From assembly GCA_031384405.1 (NCBI GenBank), contig JANNAO010000406.1, positions 9,759 to 73,758 of the forward strand: a stretch of DNA of 64,000 nucleotides, read 5' to 3'. The number at the start of each line of letters is the position of its first letter. Position 1 is the stretch's first letter. The stretch comes from Verrucomicrobiota bacterium (GTDB taxonomy: Bacteria > Verrucomicrobiota > Verrucomicrobiia > Limisphaerales > JADLHS01). Both the position numbers and the translations under genes were made by a program. Below are positions 37,619-47,262 of this stretch, piece by piece. The notes under the pieces are model-generated. The model did not search any database. It saw only the letters and a list, made by a program, of their open reading frames with translations, and had not been told where the DNA came from.

Positions 37619-39073
37619 GTGCTTTCCCAAAACACCAATACCTACGCCCAATGGCGCGCGCGAAACAGCTTCGCCGCCGCTCTGCGCGATTCACCAGACG
37701 CGCCGCCGGAGAAACTTCTTCAATCCATCTGGCAACATCAACGCCTGCGCCGCGATCAACTGACCACTCTCGACGGTCAGCGCGTGCGCGTGCTGCATCC
37801 CGGCTTTGGCAGCGTGGAAGGCGGGCCGGATTTCCGCGAGGCTGTGATTCAATTGGGAAACGCTGCACCCGTCTCCGGCGACATCGAAGTGGACATCCGC
37901 GACTCCGGCTGGCGCGCTCATGGTCACGACAAAAATCCCGCGTTCAAGAACGTCATCCTCCACGTCGTCTGGGACGCGAAGCCGCCCGCCAGTCATCCGC
38001 CCACGCTGTGTTTGAGCAAAGTTCTCGACGCGCCGCTCGCCGAGTTGAGCCTGCAACTTGAACATAATTCCATCCGCGCCTTGCCGGAACATCTTCTGGG
38101 CAAATGCTCCGCGCCATTGCGTGAACTCGACGCCAACACGCTCGCTACCTTATTGAATCAAGCCGCGCACGTCCGTCTCCAGAACAAAGCCGCGCACTTC
38201 CGCGCCCGCGCCCAACAAGTCGGCTGGGAGCAGGCATTGTGGGAAGGATTGTTCCGCGCGCTCGGCTACAAACACAACGTCTGGCCGATGCAACACCTCG
38301 CCGAAACGCGCTCACTCTGGCAGCGCGGCGCGGATTCCGCGTTCAAGATTCAATCGCGCCTGCTCGGTCTGAGCGGATTGCTTCCCGCTGAATTGACGCG
38401 CAACGAATCCGGCGCAGACGACTATGTCCGCCGCGTCTGGGACGGGTGGTGGCGCGAGCGGGATGCGTTTTCCGAAAACATTCTTCCGCGCAACACCTGG
38501 CGATTTCACGGCCTGCGTCCCGCCAATCACCCGCAACGCCGACTCGCCCTCGCCGCGCATTGGGCCAGCGATGCGACCTTCGTTGAACGCATCGAGTCTT
38601 GGTGTCAGCGCGAGATCGCGGACAAAGCGTTACTCGATTCGCTCGCGAAGATTCTGGCCGTCGGGCGCGACGACTTCTGGTTCTGGCACTGGACATTTCG
38701 CTCCGCTCGAATGACTAAATCCCAGCCGTTGCTCGGCGAACAGCGTGTCACCGATCTCGCCGTGAACGTCATCCTCCCGTGGCTGTGGATTCGCGCTGTC
38801 GAAGGCGACAACGCAAAACTAAAAACCGAAATGGAGCGACGCTACAACGCGTGGCCTGCCGCTGAAGATAATTCTGTCCTGCGCCTCGCCCGCCAACGAC
38901 TTCTCGGCAGAGCGGCGACGGGGCGTTCCGGCTTGAACACCGCCGCCGCACAACAGGGCTTGCTCCAAATCGTCCGCGACTTCTGCGATCACTCCAATTC
39001 CACCTGTGATGCCTGCACGTTCCCTGAGTTGGTGAAGAGCTGGTCGCCAAATCAGCCCAGACTCAAAACGTGA
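37619..39073 (+). CDS. DUF2851 family protein
   Basis: 484 aa. LLQSIWQHQRLRRDQLTTLDGQRVRVLHPGFGSVEGGPDFREAVIQL...GDIEVDIRDSGWRAHGHD is the DUF2851 N-terminal signature. The C-terminal CDH..C..C motif is present. Confidence 0.8.
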   Translation: MLSQNTNTYAQWRARNSFAAALRDSPDAPPEKLLQSIWQHQRLRRDQLTTLDGQRVRVLHPGFGSVEGGPDFREAVIQLGNAAPVSGDIEVDIRDSGWRAHGHDKNPAFKNVILHVVWDAKPPASHPPTLCLSKVLDAPLAELSLQLEHNSIRALPEHLLGKCSAPLRELDANTLATLLNQAAHVRLQNKAAHFRARAQQVGWEQALWEGLFRALGYKHNVWPMQHLAETRSLWQRGADSAFKIQSRLLGLSGLLPAELTRNESGADDYVRRVWDGWWRERDAFSENILPRNTWRFHGLRPANHPQRRLALAAHWASDATFVERIESWCQREIADKALLDSLAKILAVGRDDFWFWHWTFRSARMTKSQPLLGEQRVTDLAVNVILPWLWIRAVEGDNAKLKTEMERRYNAWPAAEDNSVLRLARQRLLGRAATGRSGLNTAAAQQGLLQIVRDFCDHSNSTCDACTFPELVKSWSPNQPRLKT

Positions 39074-39128
39074 AGGCTCGAGCAATTCGTGGCTTTAGTT
39101 TCTCCCGGGTTTTCAAAACAATCCGCCC

Positions 39129-39782
39129 GTGCCGAAGTGGATCAAATTCATCATCGCCGTTCTGTTGCTGCCGGTTTGCGCTGGTGCAGGCATCACGTTG
39201 TGGCGCGTGATGCGGGCTTGTGGCAACGCCGATGTCACGCTCGTGCCCGTGATCGGCGGCGCGCTTTGCTGGCTCGTCATCTATCTGCTGTTGCCCAAAC
39301 CGATGTGGATTTACGTGTTCGGCCACGAACTCACGCACGTCCTCTGGGTCTGGCTCTTCGGCGGCAGCGTGAAACAATTCAAAGCCACATCCGAAGGCGG
39401 GCATGTGATCGTGGACAAAACAAATTTTCTCATCGCGCTCTCGCCGTATTTTTTTCCGCTCTACGCCGTGATGGTCGTTGCGGTGTTCGTCACCGGCCAT
39501 CTGATCTGGAATTTGACTGGCTTCATGGTTTGGTTTCACCTACTCGTCGGCGCAGCCTACGCGTTTCACATCACGCTCAACGCCCACGTTCTCAAGACGC
39601 AGCAATCCGACATCACCAGCCAAGGCTATCTCTTCTCTGCTGTGGTGATCTTCCTCGGCAACGTCCTCGTGCTGCTCATCGGTCTGCCGCTGCTCACGGC
39701 CAAGGTGACTCTGCTGAAGATGCTGAACTGGTGGTTGGACAACACGCTTGCCCTCGTAAGAACCATCGTTGGGTGGTTTTGA
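39129..39782 (+). CDS. polytopic membrane protein with HExxH motif (putative intramembrane metalloprotease, M50/DUF3267-like)
   Basis: GTG start, 217 aa, about 5 TM helices. The motif VFGHELTHVLWVWLFGG sits at a membrane boundary. Confidence 0.55.
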   Translation: MPKWIKFIIAVLLLPVCAGAGITLWRVMRACGNADVTLVPVIGGALCWLVIYLLLPKPMWIYVFGHELTHVLWVWLFGGSVKQFKATSEGGHVIVDKTNFLIALSPYFFPLYAVMVVAVFVTGHLIWNLTGFMVWFHLLVGAAYAFHITLNAHVLKTQQSDITSQGYLFSAVVIFLGNVLVLLIGLPLLTAKVTLLKMLNWWLDNTLALVRTIVGWF

Positions 39783-39839
39783 AATTGTTTCTGAACAACC
39801 GTTGCGTCTGTGGACGGCTGTGAAATAATCGCCACAGCA

Positions 39840-41327
39840 ATGAAATTTTCCACGTTCACACTGGCCGCATTGAGTCTGATTGGAGGACAAATTGTCTCAG
39901 CACAAAACGCGGCTCCCGTCATCAACGCACCCGCGGCCTATCGCGCCGACCGGATTCTCGTGATGCCCAAACCTGCGGGACTCACCGCCGCGCGCGACCT
40001 TCACACGCGGCATGGCGTAAAAGTCCTGGCAAATTTTCCCGGCGTGCATGGATTGCAAAGCGTGAGCGTTCCTGCCGGGGAATCGGTTCAGGGTTTGATC
40101 TCAAAATATCAGGCCAGCAGCGATGTCGCCTATGCCGAACCGGATTATGTGCGCTATCTGAACGCCGTTCCCAACGATCCCAAATACTCCGACGGAACAT
40201 TGTGGGCGCTCAACAACACCGGACAAAGCGGTGGCGTAGTGGACGCGGACATTGACGCGCCGGAAGCGTGGGATGTCGCTCGTTTCGCCAGCAACATTGT
40301 CGTGGCCGTTCTCGATTCTGGGATTCGTTACACACACGAAGACCTGGCTGCGAACATTTGGATCAACCCAAACGGTGGCGGCTGCGGCTTCAACAGCATC
40401 ACAGGCACGACCAATGTCATGGATGATAACGGGCACGGGACATTGGTGTCGGGCGTGCTAGGCGCGGTTGGCAACAACGGCAAGGGCGTCGCGGGCGTCG
40501 CGTGGCGCGTGAAACTGATGGCAGGCAAATGCTTCGACAATGCCGGCAACTCCAGCGATTCCTACATTATCGGCGCGATTGATTACGCGCGGACGAATGG
40601 AGCGAAGGTGATGGTCGCGGCGTTTGACAGCACCGGTTACTCGTCGTCCTTGTCGAATGCGATCTACGCCGCGCGCGAGTCCGGGATCATCTTCGTGACT
40701 TCTGTTGGAAATAATACAGCCAACATTGACGCAGTCCCGCGCTACCCGGCGTGCTACGACATTGATAACGTGGTGACAGTCACCGCTACCACGCGAAACG
40801 ACGCGCTGTTGAGTGTGGCGAACTACGGCGCCATCAACGTGGACCTCGCCGCGCCCGGGGAGTCCATCCACACGACATGGAGTCCGACGGATAATTTCTA
40901 TACCAGTCTGTTTTCGGGAACTTCCTACGCGGCGCCGTACGTCGCGGGTGCGTTCGCTCTGCTGAAGGAACGATTCCCCGCCGAACCCCATCAGCAACTC
41001 ATCAGCCGGGTTTTAACCGGCGTTGATCCACTGCCTGCACTCGCGGGAAAATGCGTCACTGGCGGTCGGCTGAATCTTCGGAAAGCTCTCAGCCCGCCGG
41101 TTTACCTGACATTCCACACCATGCTGAACTTTCTGGGCCAGACGACGGCGCAGTGGCGTGTCACCGCTGGGCCATCGCGAAATTTTGTAGTCGAGGCCAG
41201 CACCAACCTGACTACTTGGTCGGCAGTGTACGGCGGAAAAACTTCGGTCTCTGGAACAGCGGATTTCTTTGATCCGCTGACAGCAAGTCACTCGCGGCGT
41301 TTTTATAGGGTTGTGGCTGAACCGTGA
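39840..41327 (+). CDS. S8 (subtilisin-family) secreted serine peptidase
   Basis: Start trimmed to the ATG at 39840 (MKFSTFTLAALSLIGGQIVSAQN). Catalytic residues: Asp in VAVLDSGI, His in DDNGHGTLVSG, Ser in SGTSYAAPYVAG. The C-terminal domain ends in RRFYRVVAEP. Confidence 0.9.
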   Translation: MKFSTFTLAALSLIGGQIVSAQNAAPVINAPAAYRADRILVMPKPAGLTAARDLHTRHGVKVLANFPGVHGLQSVSVPAGESVQGLISKYQASSDVAYAEPDYVRYLNAVPNDPKYSDGTLWALNNTGQSGGVVDADIDAPEAWDVARFASNIVVAVLDSGIRYTHEDLAANIWINPNGGGCGFNSITGTTNVMDDNGHGTLVSGVLGAVGNNGKGVAGVAWRVKLMAGKCFDNAGNSSDSYIIGAIDYARTNGAKVMVAAFDSTGYSSSLSNAIYAARESGIIFVTSVGNNTANIDAVPRYPACYDIDNVVTVTATTRNDALLSVANYGAINVDLAAPGESIHTTWSPTDNFYTSLFSGTSYAAPYVAGAFALLKERFPAEPHQQLISRVLTGVDPLPALAGKCVTGGRLNLRKALSPPVYLTFHTMLNFLGQTTAQWRVTAGPSRNFVVEASTNLTTWSAVYGGKTSVSGTADFFDPLTASHSRRFYRVVAEP

Positions 41328-41353
41328 TTGGGCTTAACCGGAACAATTCTTTA

Positions 41354-41485
41354 GCCACAGATGAAACACGGATCGAACACGGATGGGACGGACGAGTTTT
41401 GATTGCCTGATTCCACCAGGCAGTGCTCCCCTGAATCCGCCGGGCGGCTTCGTTCACCGTCCGGTTTCCGTGTTTCATCCGTGGC
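41354..41485. repeat. inverted-repeat-bounded intergenic element (~132 bp)
   Basis: The 19-nt arms gccacagatgaaacacgga (41354..41372) and tccgtgtttcatccgtggc (41467..41485) are reverse complements with 1 mismatch. The element lies between the convergent S8 protease and LbH transferase genes. Confidence 0.65.
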
Positions 41486-41523
41486 TTGAACTGCATCGTT
41501 CCGGATTATTCCGTCAAAAAAAA

Positions 41524-42210
41524 TTAAGAGTCCCTCGGCCTGCGGACGACGACTTCCACGGGCTGGCGGTTCTTGGCGATGCTGTTCGCGGGCAAAATGC
41601 CGCGCCAGTTCACTCCGGGATAGATCACCGCGCCGCGACCGATGATGCTGCCGGGATTCAACACGCTGTTGCAGCCAATCTCGGCGTGATCACCGATGAG
41701 CGCGCCGAATTTCCGCAGGCCGGTGTCGAACGGTTTGCCATCCATGTCCACCGTCACATTGCCGGACAGGGATTTTAGATTGGAGGCGATGACGCCCGCG
41801 CCGACGTGGGCTTTGTGGCCGAGGATGGAATCGCCGAGGTAATTGAAGTGCGGCACCTGACAGCCGTTGAACAGCAGCACGTTTTTCAACTCGCTGGAAT
41901 TGCCCACCACGCAATCGTCGCCCACGATGACATGTTCACGGATGTAGGCGTTGTGACGTATCTGACAATTTTTACCGATGATGGCCGGGCCTTTGATCAT
42001 CGCGCCGTCCTCCACCACCGTGCCTTCGCCGATGAACACCAGATCACCGATGAACGCGCGGCCTTCGCACTTATTCCGCAACTCCGCTTTGGTATTCGCC
42101 TCGACGTAGGCTTTGATCTTCTTCAACGCTTCCCACGCATAAGTGCAACCGTCGAAGAGTGCGGCGTGCTCGGTCTGGCTTAAATCAAACAGGTCGGCGG
42201 GTTTGAACAT
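41524..42210 (-). CDS. left-handed beta-helix (hexapeptide repeat) transferase, GlmU C-terminal-like
   Basis: 228 aa with consecutive hexapeptide repeats (IGDLVFIGEGTVVEDGAMIKGPAIIGKNCQIRHNAYIREHVIVGDDCVVGNSSELKNV...). No N-terminal nucleotidyltransferase domain is present. Confidence 0.7.
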   Translation of the reverse strand: MFKPADLFDLSQTEHAALFDGCTYAWEALKKIKAYVEANTKAELRNKCEGRAFIGDLVFIGEGTVVEDGAMIKGPAIIGKNCQIRHNAYIREHVIVGDDCVVGNSSELKNVLLFNGCQVPHFNYLGDSILGHKAHVGAGVIASNLKSLSGNVTVDMDGKPFDTGLRKFGALIGDHAEIGCNSVLNPGSIIGRGAVIYPGVNWRGILPANSIAKNRQPVEVVVRRPRDS

Positions 42211-42283
42211 GGGCGAAAGCTATTTTGAAACGCGACGAATTCCAAGCCGCAAGCTCACCGCGGATGGAACAGAAACTGCCGCA

Positions 42284-42460
42284 CAGTAGCGGCGACCATC
42301 CTTGGTTGCCGTAGAGGGCGTGCATCCTTGCCGCCCGGAATTCGTGTTGTTGTCTCGTAACGCATTCGGTTTTACCAACGGCTCACGTCTTTCCACGCCT
42401 TTCCGCCGGGCTGCCCCGAATGCTTTCGGGGTACGGCAGGCAAGGATGCCTGCCGCTACA
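42284..42460. repeat. copies of the gtagcggcaRgcatccYtgcYtgccgta hairpin repeat family
   Basis: 42284..42316 is cagtagcggcgaccatccttggttgccgtagag. 42431..42460 is gtacggcaggcaaggatgcctgccgctaca, in the opposite orientation with a 7-bp stem. A partial copy lies at 42317..42338. The same family recurs at 53251..53422. Confidence 0.7.
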
Positions 42461-42499
42461 ATCGAGCGGCACTTCCAGCCACACCTGCTCACCTGTCAT

Positions 42500-42536
42500 A
42501 AAAAAAACTGCCTGAAAATGTGATTTCCAGGCAGGC
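42500..42536 (-). terminator. rho-independent terminator downstream of the Gfo/Idh/MocA gene pair
   Basis: On the minus strand the sequence reads ctgcctg-gaaatcacatttt-caggcag followed by eight T. It starts about 20 nt after the stop at 42554. Confidence 0.7.
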
Positions 42537-42553
42537 GCGAATGTTCGGCGTGT

Positions 42554-43699
42554 TCAGTAGCGAACCGTCTGCCACTTCTTCGCTTTGGCACTGACAAGGA
42601 TTGCCTCGCAGATGGCCAGTTCATCGTGGCCGTCCTTGAACGTGCTGAAGTTGGCTTTCTCTTTTCCGGCGATGTGGGAATACACGCGGATGAGGAAGTT
42701 CTTCAATCCATCGGGATAAGCTTCGGGGTGACCGCCGGGATAATGCGCGTAAGGCCGCGCTTCTGGACTGAGCAGCGACGGGTCTTTCATCAGCAATTCA
42801 TTCGGACGTTCGCGATGGCCGATCCACATTTCGTTCGGGCGTTCCTGATCCCAGACGACGGAACTCTTCGAGCCAGCCAATTCAAAGAACAAGCGGTTCT
42901 TGCGTCCGGCAAAAACCTGCGAGACGGAGAAGGACCCACGCGCTCCGTTGTCGAATTCAAACAACACGCTCGCGAAATCTTCCGTATTGATGGGCATCGC
43001 CTCGTAATCCGACGGTTGCAACATCTTGCCGGAATAGGTTTCTACCTGCTTCTTGGGCTTCATGCGATTTTTGTGAATGGTGGAAAAATCCGCACACACT
43101 TTTTTGATCTTCAGCCCAGTGATGAACTGGATGCAATCGCACCAGTGCGAGCCGATGTCAGCCACGGCGCGGGACTTGCCGCTGAATTGCGGGACGAGCC
43201 GCCAGTTCCAATCGGTGGCGAGATACAACCAGTCTTGCGTGTAAGAACCTGTGGCGTGAAACACATCGCCGAGCTTGCCGTTGGCGACCATCGAGCGGGC
43301 TTCCTGCACGAGCGGGTAGTAGCGGTAGTTGAAATCAATCGCGTTCACGACGCCGGATTTCTTCGCGAGCTTGACCAACTCGGCAGATTCCTTGGTGGTC
43401 ATGGCGAGCGGTTTTTCTGAAATGACGTGCTTGCCAGCCGCCATGATCTTCTTGCTGATCTCGAAATGGACGTGGTTGGGCGTGCAGTTGTGGATGACTT
43501 CGACTTCCTTGTCCTTCAGCAACGCTTCCACGCTGCCGTAGGATTTTGGGATGTTCAGGGCGGCGGCTTTGTTCCGCGCCAAGTCGTCATTCGCCTCGCA
43601 CAACGCGATCATTTCCACGAAGCCGACGCGTCGCGCTGCTTCAACGTGAGCCGGGCCAATGAACCCGGTGCCGATAATTCCTGCCTTGATGGTTTTCAT
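42554..43699 (-). CDS. Gfo/Idh/MocA family NAD(P)-dependent oxidoreductase
   Basis: N-terminal Rossmann fold MKTIKAGIIGTGFIGPAHVEA and EKPLAMT motif. 381 aa. Confidence 0.85.
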   Translation of the reverse strand: MKTIKAGIIGTGFIGPAHVEAARRVGFVEMIALCEANDDLARNKAAALNIPKSYGSVEALLKDKEVEVIHNCTPNHVHFEISKKIMAAGKHVISEKPLAMTTKESAELVKLAKKSGVVNAIDFNYRYYPLVQEARSMVANGKLGDVFHATGSYTQDWLYLATDWNWRLVPQFSGKSRAVADIGSHWCDCIQFITGLKIKKVCADFSTIHKNRMKPKKQVETYSGKMLQPSDYEAMPINTEDFASVLFEFDNGARGSFSVSQVFAGRKNRLFFELAGSKSSVVWDQERPNEMWIGHRERPNELLMKDPSLLSPEARPYAHYPGGHPEAYPDGLKNFLIRVYSHIAGKEKANFSTFKDGHDELAICEAILVSAKAKKWQTVRY

Positions 43700-43731
43700 A
43701 AATTCCCCGTGATCCAGTGCGGACCCTTAAA

Positions 43732-44907
43732 TCACTTGTTCACGATCTTGACCCACTTGCCGGATTTGGCGGAAGCCTCGACCGCTTCGAGCACGCGCTG
43801 GTTTTTCACGCCGTCTTCGAAGGTGGGCTGTACTGACTTGCCGTCCACAACAGCATTCACAAAGTCCGCAACGGTGTGAATGAACGTGTGCTCAAAGCCG
43901 ATGATGTGTCCGGCGGGCCACCAGTTGCCAAAGAACGGCTGCACGCCGCCGCCTTGCGTGACGAGGATGTCGCGGAAACCCTGGCGGTCTTTCGGGTCGT
44001 CGTTGTTGAAAAACTTGAGTCGGTTCATGTCCTCGAAATCGAAGCAGAGCGAACCTTTGCTGCCGTTGATCTCGATGGTGATGTGATTCTTGCGACCCAG
44101 CGCCATGCGTGTGGCTTCGAGATTCGCCAACGCGCCATTTTCAAAGCGACCCATCAACATCGCAGCATCATCCACGGTGACTTTGCCCATCTTGCGTGTG
44201 GTTGCTTTCGCGCCGAGACCCGCGCTCTTGGCGGCGACTTCGGCCAGTGGACGTTCCGTGATGAAGGTGTGAAGCAGTCCGTTGACTTCCTGAAACTCAC
44301 CCACGAGATAGCGGCCCAGATCAATGATGTGCGCGTTGATGTCGCCATGCGCGCCGCTGCCGCTCACGCCTTTTTGAAGCCGCCAGACGAGGGGAAACTC
44401 CGGGTCCGCAGGCCAGTCCTGTGCGTAGCGCGCCCGGAAATGATAAATTTTTCCAATCGCTCCTTCGGTGATCATCTTTTTGGCCAAGGCTATAGCGGGG
44501 ATTCTGCGGTAATTGTGGCAGACCATGTGAACGATCCTGGCCTTGGTCGCAGCGGCGAGCATCTGCTCGGATTGTTTGACGGTCAACGCGAGCGGCTTTT
44601 CGCAGAGGATGTGTTTCCCATTTTGCGCAGCGGCAATGGCGATCTCAGCATGGGAATCATTCGGCGTGTTGATGTCCACGATGTCAATGAGCGGGTTCTC
44701 GACGACATCGCGCCAATCGGTGGAAGAGTTCTGCCAGCCGAGTTGGACGCGGGCGGATTGCACGCCAGCGGCATCGCGACCGCAGATGGTGTGCAATTCA
44801 ACGTGAGCCTTGAGCGGGAAGAAACGCGGGGCTTGACGCCAAGCATTGGAGTGGGCTTTGCCCATGAACTTGTAACCGATCATCCCGACGCGCAGAGTTT
44901 TTGCCAT
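43732..44907 (-). CDS. Gfo/Idh/MocA family NAD(P)-dependent oxidoreductase
   Basis: N-terminal LRVGMIGYKFMGKAHSNA and CEKPLALT motif. 391 aa. Confidence 0.85.
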   Translation of the reverse strand: MAKTLRVGMIGYKFMGKAHSNAWRQAPRFFPLKAHVELHTICGRDAAGVQSARVQLGWQNSSTDWRDVVENPLIDIVDINTPNDSHAEIAIAAAQNGKHILCEKPLALTVKQSEQMLAAATKARIVHMVCHNYRRIPAIALAKKMITEGAIGKIYHFRARYAQDWPADPEFPLVWRLQKGVSGSGAHGDINAHIIDLGRYLVGEFQEVNGLLHTFITERPLAEVAAKSAGLGAKATTRKMGKVTVDDAAMLMGRFENGALANLEATRMALGRKNHITIEINGSKGSLCFDFEDMNRLKFFNNDDPKDRQGFRDILVTQGGGVQPFFGNWWPAGHIIGFEHTFIHTVADFVNAVVDGKSVQPTFEDGVKNQRVLEAVEASAKSGKWVKIVNK

Positions 44908-44990
44908 ATAAAGTAGGGGTTGAATTGCTGTCGGGCGTCTTTATAGTGGCGAAGTTTTTCCAAGTCAACGTGTGACTTGCTCACAAACCT

Positions 44991-46019
44991 ATGACTTTTT
45001 CCGCCGCCGATATCGCCAAACACCTCCAAGGTGAAGTCCTTGGCGACCCGCAAACCCAGTTGAAAAGCTTCGCGCAAGCGGATGTCGCCCAACCCGGCGA
45101 CCTGACTTTCGCTGAAAATGACGAGTTTTTCGCGCGCGCAGAACAAGGCGCGGCTTCCGCCATCATCGTCAGCGGCAATATGACTTCCACCACTGGCAAA
45201 GTGCTGATCCGCGTGAAGAATGCCCGCATTGCCTTCGCCAAAGTTCTCGCATTGTTCTTCCCAGAACCCGCGTTGCCCGCAGGAATTCATCCCAGCGCCG
45301 TCGTCGCACGCACGGCGCAGATTGATATGGGCGCGCACATCGGGCCGAACTGCGTCATCGGCGAGCGAGCGCAGATCGCGGGCGGCACAATTCTTCACGC
45401 GAATAATTATGTGGGCGACGATTGTAAGATCGGAGCAGGCACGGTGTTGTTTCCCAACGTGACGCTTTATCCTCGAACCGAACTCGGCCAACGCGTTCGC
45501 ATCCATGCCGGAGCGGTCATCGGCTCGGACGGTTACGGCTATGTGTTAGACGGCGGTGTGCATCGTAAAGTCCCGCAGATCGGCAACGTCATCGTGGGCG
45601 ACGACGTCGAGATTGGCGCGAATGTGACGGTGGATCGCGGCGCACTCGGCACGACGACCATCGGCAAGGGGACGAAGATTGATAACCTCGTGCAGATCGC
45701 GCACAACGTGCAGATTGGCGAGCATTGCCTCGTGATCGCGCAAGTCGGCATCGCGGGCAGCAGCAAGCTCGGCAACTACGTCATCCTTGCCGGACAAGCA
45801 GGCGTCGGCGGGCATTTGCAGATCGGCAACAAAGCCATCGTGGCCGCACAATCCGGCGTGATGCACAACATCCCCGATGGCCAGACCTGGATGGGCAGCC
45901 CCGCGCAACCGGACAGACAAACCAAGCGCCAGATGATCGCCATTCAGTATCTACCCGAACTACTGAGGCGCGTGAGCAAACTCGAACGCGCGGCGGGCGG
46001 TGGTGAGAAAGCTGACTGA
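44991..46019 (+). CDS. lpxD: UDP-3-O-acylglucosamine N-acyltransferase
   Basis: 342 aa. The LpxD-type N-terminal domain (ADIAKHLQGEVLGDP...LTFAEN) is followed by a long hexapeptide-repeat LbH and a C-terminal helix. Confidence 0.9.
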   Translation: MTFSAADIAKHLQGEVLGDPQTQLKSFAQADVAQPGDLTFAENDEFFARAEQGAASAIIVSGNMTSTTGKVLIRVKNARIAFAKVLALFFPEPALPAGIHPSAVVARTAQIDMGAHIGPNCVIGERAQIAGGTILHANNYVGDDCKIGAGTVLFPNVTLYPRTELGQRVRIHAGAVIGSDGYGYVLDGGVHRKVPQIGNVIVGDDVEIGANVTVDRGALGTTTIGKGTKIDNLVQIAHNVQIGEHCLVIAQVGIAGSSKLGNYVILAGQAGVGGHLQIGNKAIVAAQSGVMHNIPDGQTWMGSPAQPDRQTKRQMIAIQYLPELLRRVSKLERAAGGGEKAD

Positions 46020-46147
46020 TGTCCCGCCATCGGCGCGACGACGAGTACAAAAGTTGACCTCACTTCCAGCGTGTTGCGGATACATTTTCCCCGGTTTAAT
46101 GAATTGAGTCGGAGCGTTTCTGTCACTAGCATCGCGATTCTAAATTT

Positions 46148-47251
46148 ATGCTTAAAGCTGGAATCGTCGGTCTGCCCAACGTCGGCAAATCAACTCTGTT
46201 CAACGCCGTCACCCGCACCCGCAAAGCGGAAGCGGCCAACTATCCTTTCTGCACGATTGATCCCAACGTCGGCATCGTCACCGTGCCGGACGCGCGGCTG
46301 TATGAGTTGCAAAAGATCGCCAAGACGACAGTCGTCATCCCGGCGGCGGTGGAGTTTGTGGACATCGCGGGTCTCGTCAAAGGCGCAGCGCAGGGCGAAG
46401 GCTTGGGTAATAAATTCCTCACTCACATCCGCGAGGTGGACGCCATCGTGCAGGTCGTGCGGTGCTTTGAGGACGAGGACATTCATCACGTCACGGGCAC
46501 TGTTGATCCCGTGCGCGACATTGAGGTCATCAACACGGAACTTGTCCTCGCTGATCTTGAGGCGGTGAAGAAGCGATTGGAAAAAGTCGCCAAGGACGCC
46601 AAGCGCGGTGACAAGGTGGCATTGGCCGAGGAAGCGGTGTTGAAGAAGTTTGAACCCATCTTGAACGATGGCAAGCTCGCGCTCTCCGTCCAACTCACGC
46701 CGGAGGAGAGGGTCATTTCCAAAGCGTTTTTCCTGCTCACGGACAAGCCCACGATTTTTGCGTGCAACGTGAAGGAATCCGAACTCGCTCAGGGCGACAA
46801 GAACACTTACGTCCAGAAGGTTCAGGAATACGTGAAAACGCATCTGGCGTGTGAGGCTGTGGTCATCAGCGCGCAGATCGAGAGCGACTTGATTGATCTC
46901 ACGCCCGAAGAGGCGACGGCTTTCCTCAAGGAACTTGGCGTGGACGAGAGCGGCATCGGCGCATTGATCCGCGCAACGTATCATCTGCTCGGCTTGCGGA
47001 CTTATTTCACGGCGGGCGAGAAGGAAGTTCGCGCGTGGACAATCCACATTGGTGACACAGCACCGAAAGCGGCGGGCGTGATCCATTCGGACTTCGAGCG
47101 TGGCTTCATCAAGGCCGAAACCGTGGCTTACGACGCTTTGATCAAATGCGGCTCGGTTGCGGTCGCGCGGGAAAAAGGATTGTACCGCATGGAAGGCAAG
47201 GAATACGTGGTGAAGGACGGCGACGTGTTGCTGTTCAAGTTTAACGTGTAA
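46148..47251 (+). CDS. ychF: redox-regulated ATPase YchF (Obg-family GTPase-like)
   Basis: [21 protein letters not shown]-loop, and the C-terminal TGS-like end [18 protein letters not shown]. 367 aa. Confidence 0.95.
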   Translation: MLKAGIVGLPNVGKSTLFNAVTRTRKAEAANYPFCTIDPNVGIVTVPDARLYELQKIAKTTVVIPAAVEFVDIAGLVKGAAQGEGLGNKFLTHIREVDAIVQVVRCFEDEDIHHVTGTVDPVRDIEVINTELVLADLEAVKKRLEKVAKDAKRGDKVALAEEAVLKKFEPILNDGKLALSVQLTPEERVISKAFFLLTDKPTIFACNVKESELAQGDKNTYVQKVQEYVKTHLACEAVVISAQIESDLIDLTPEEATAFLKELGVDESGIGALIRATYHLLGLRTYFTAGEKEVRAWTIHIGDTAPKAAGVIHSDFERGFIKAETVAYDALIKCGSVAVAREKGLYRMEGKEYVVKDGDVLLFKFNV

Positions 47252-47262
47252 TCCTCGCTGGT

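Noticed and set aside
37416-37868. 150-aa minus-strand ORF overlapping the htrA/DUF2851 spacer and the DUF2851 5-prime end
   Set aside because: Its Arg-rich translation overlaps a well-supported plus-strand gene, and it has no start context.
43876-44916. 346-aa plus-strand ORF covering the whole Gfo/Idh/MocA gene
   Set aside because: It is an antisense shadow ORF of a GC-rich gene. It has no recognisable motifs, whereas the minus-strand frame has a clean Rossmann N-terminus (GMIGYKFMGKAH) and an EKP motif.
42554-46019. The two Gfo/Idh/MocA oxidoreductases divergent from lpxD acting as a GnnA/GnnB-type lipid A (GlcNAc3N) pathway
   Set aside because: GnnA is a Gfo/Idh/MocA enzyme, but the window has no DegT-type aminotransferase (GnnB). 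The family is very large, so adjacency alone is insufficient.
46190-47086. 298-aa minus-strand ORF opposite ychF
   Set aside because: It is antisense to a highly conserved gene and has no motifs.
47252-47262. Moco riboswitch upstream of moeA
   Set aside because: Only 11 nt separate ychF and moeA, so there is no room for a structured leader.
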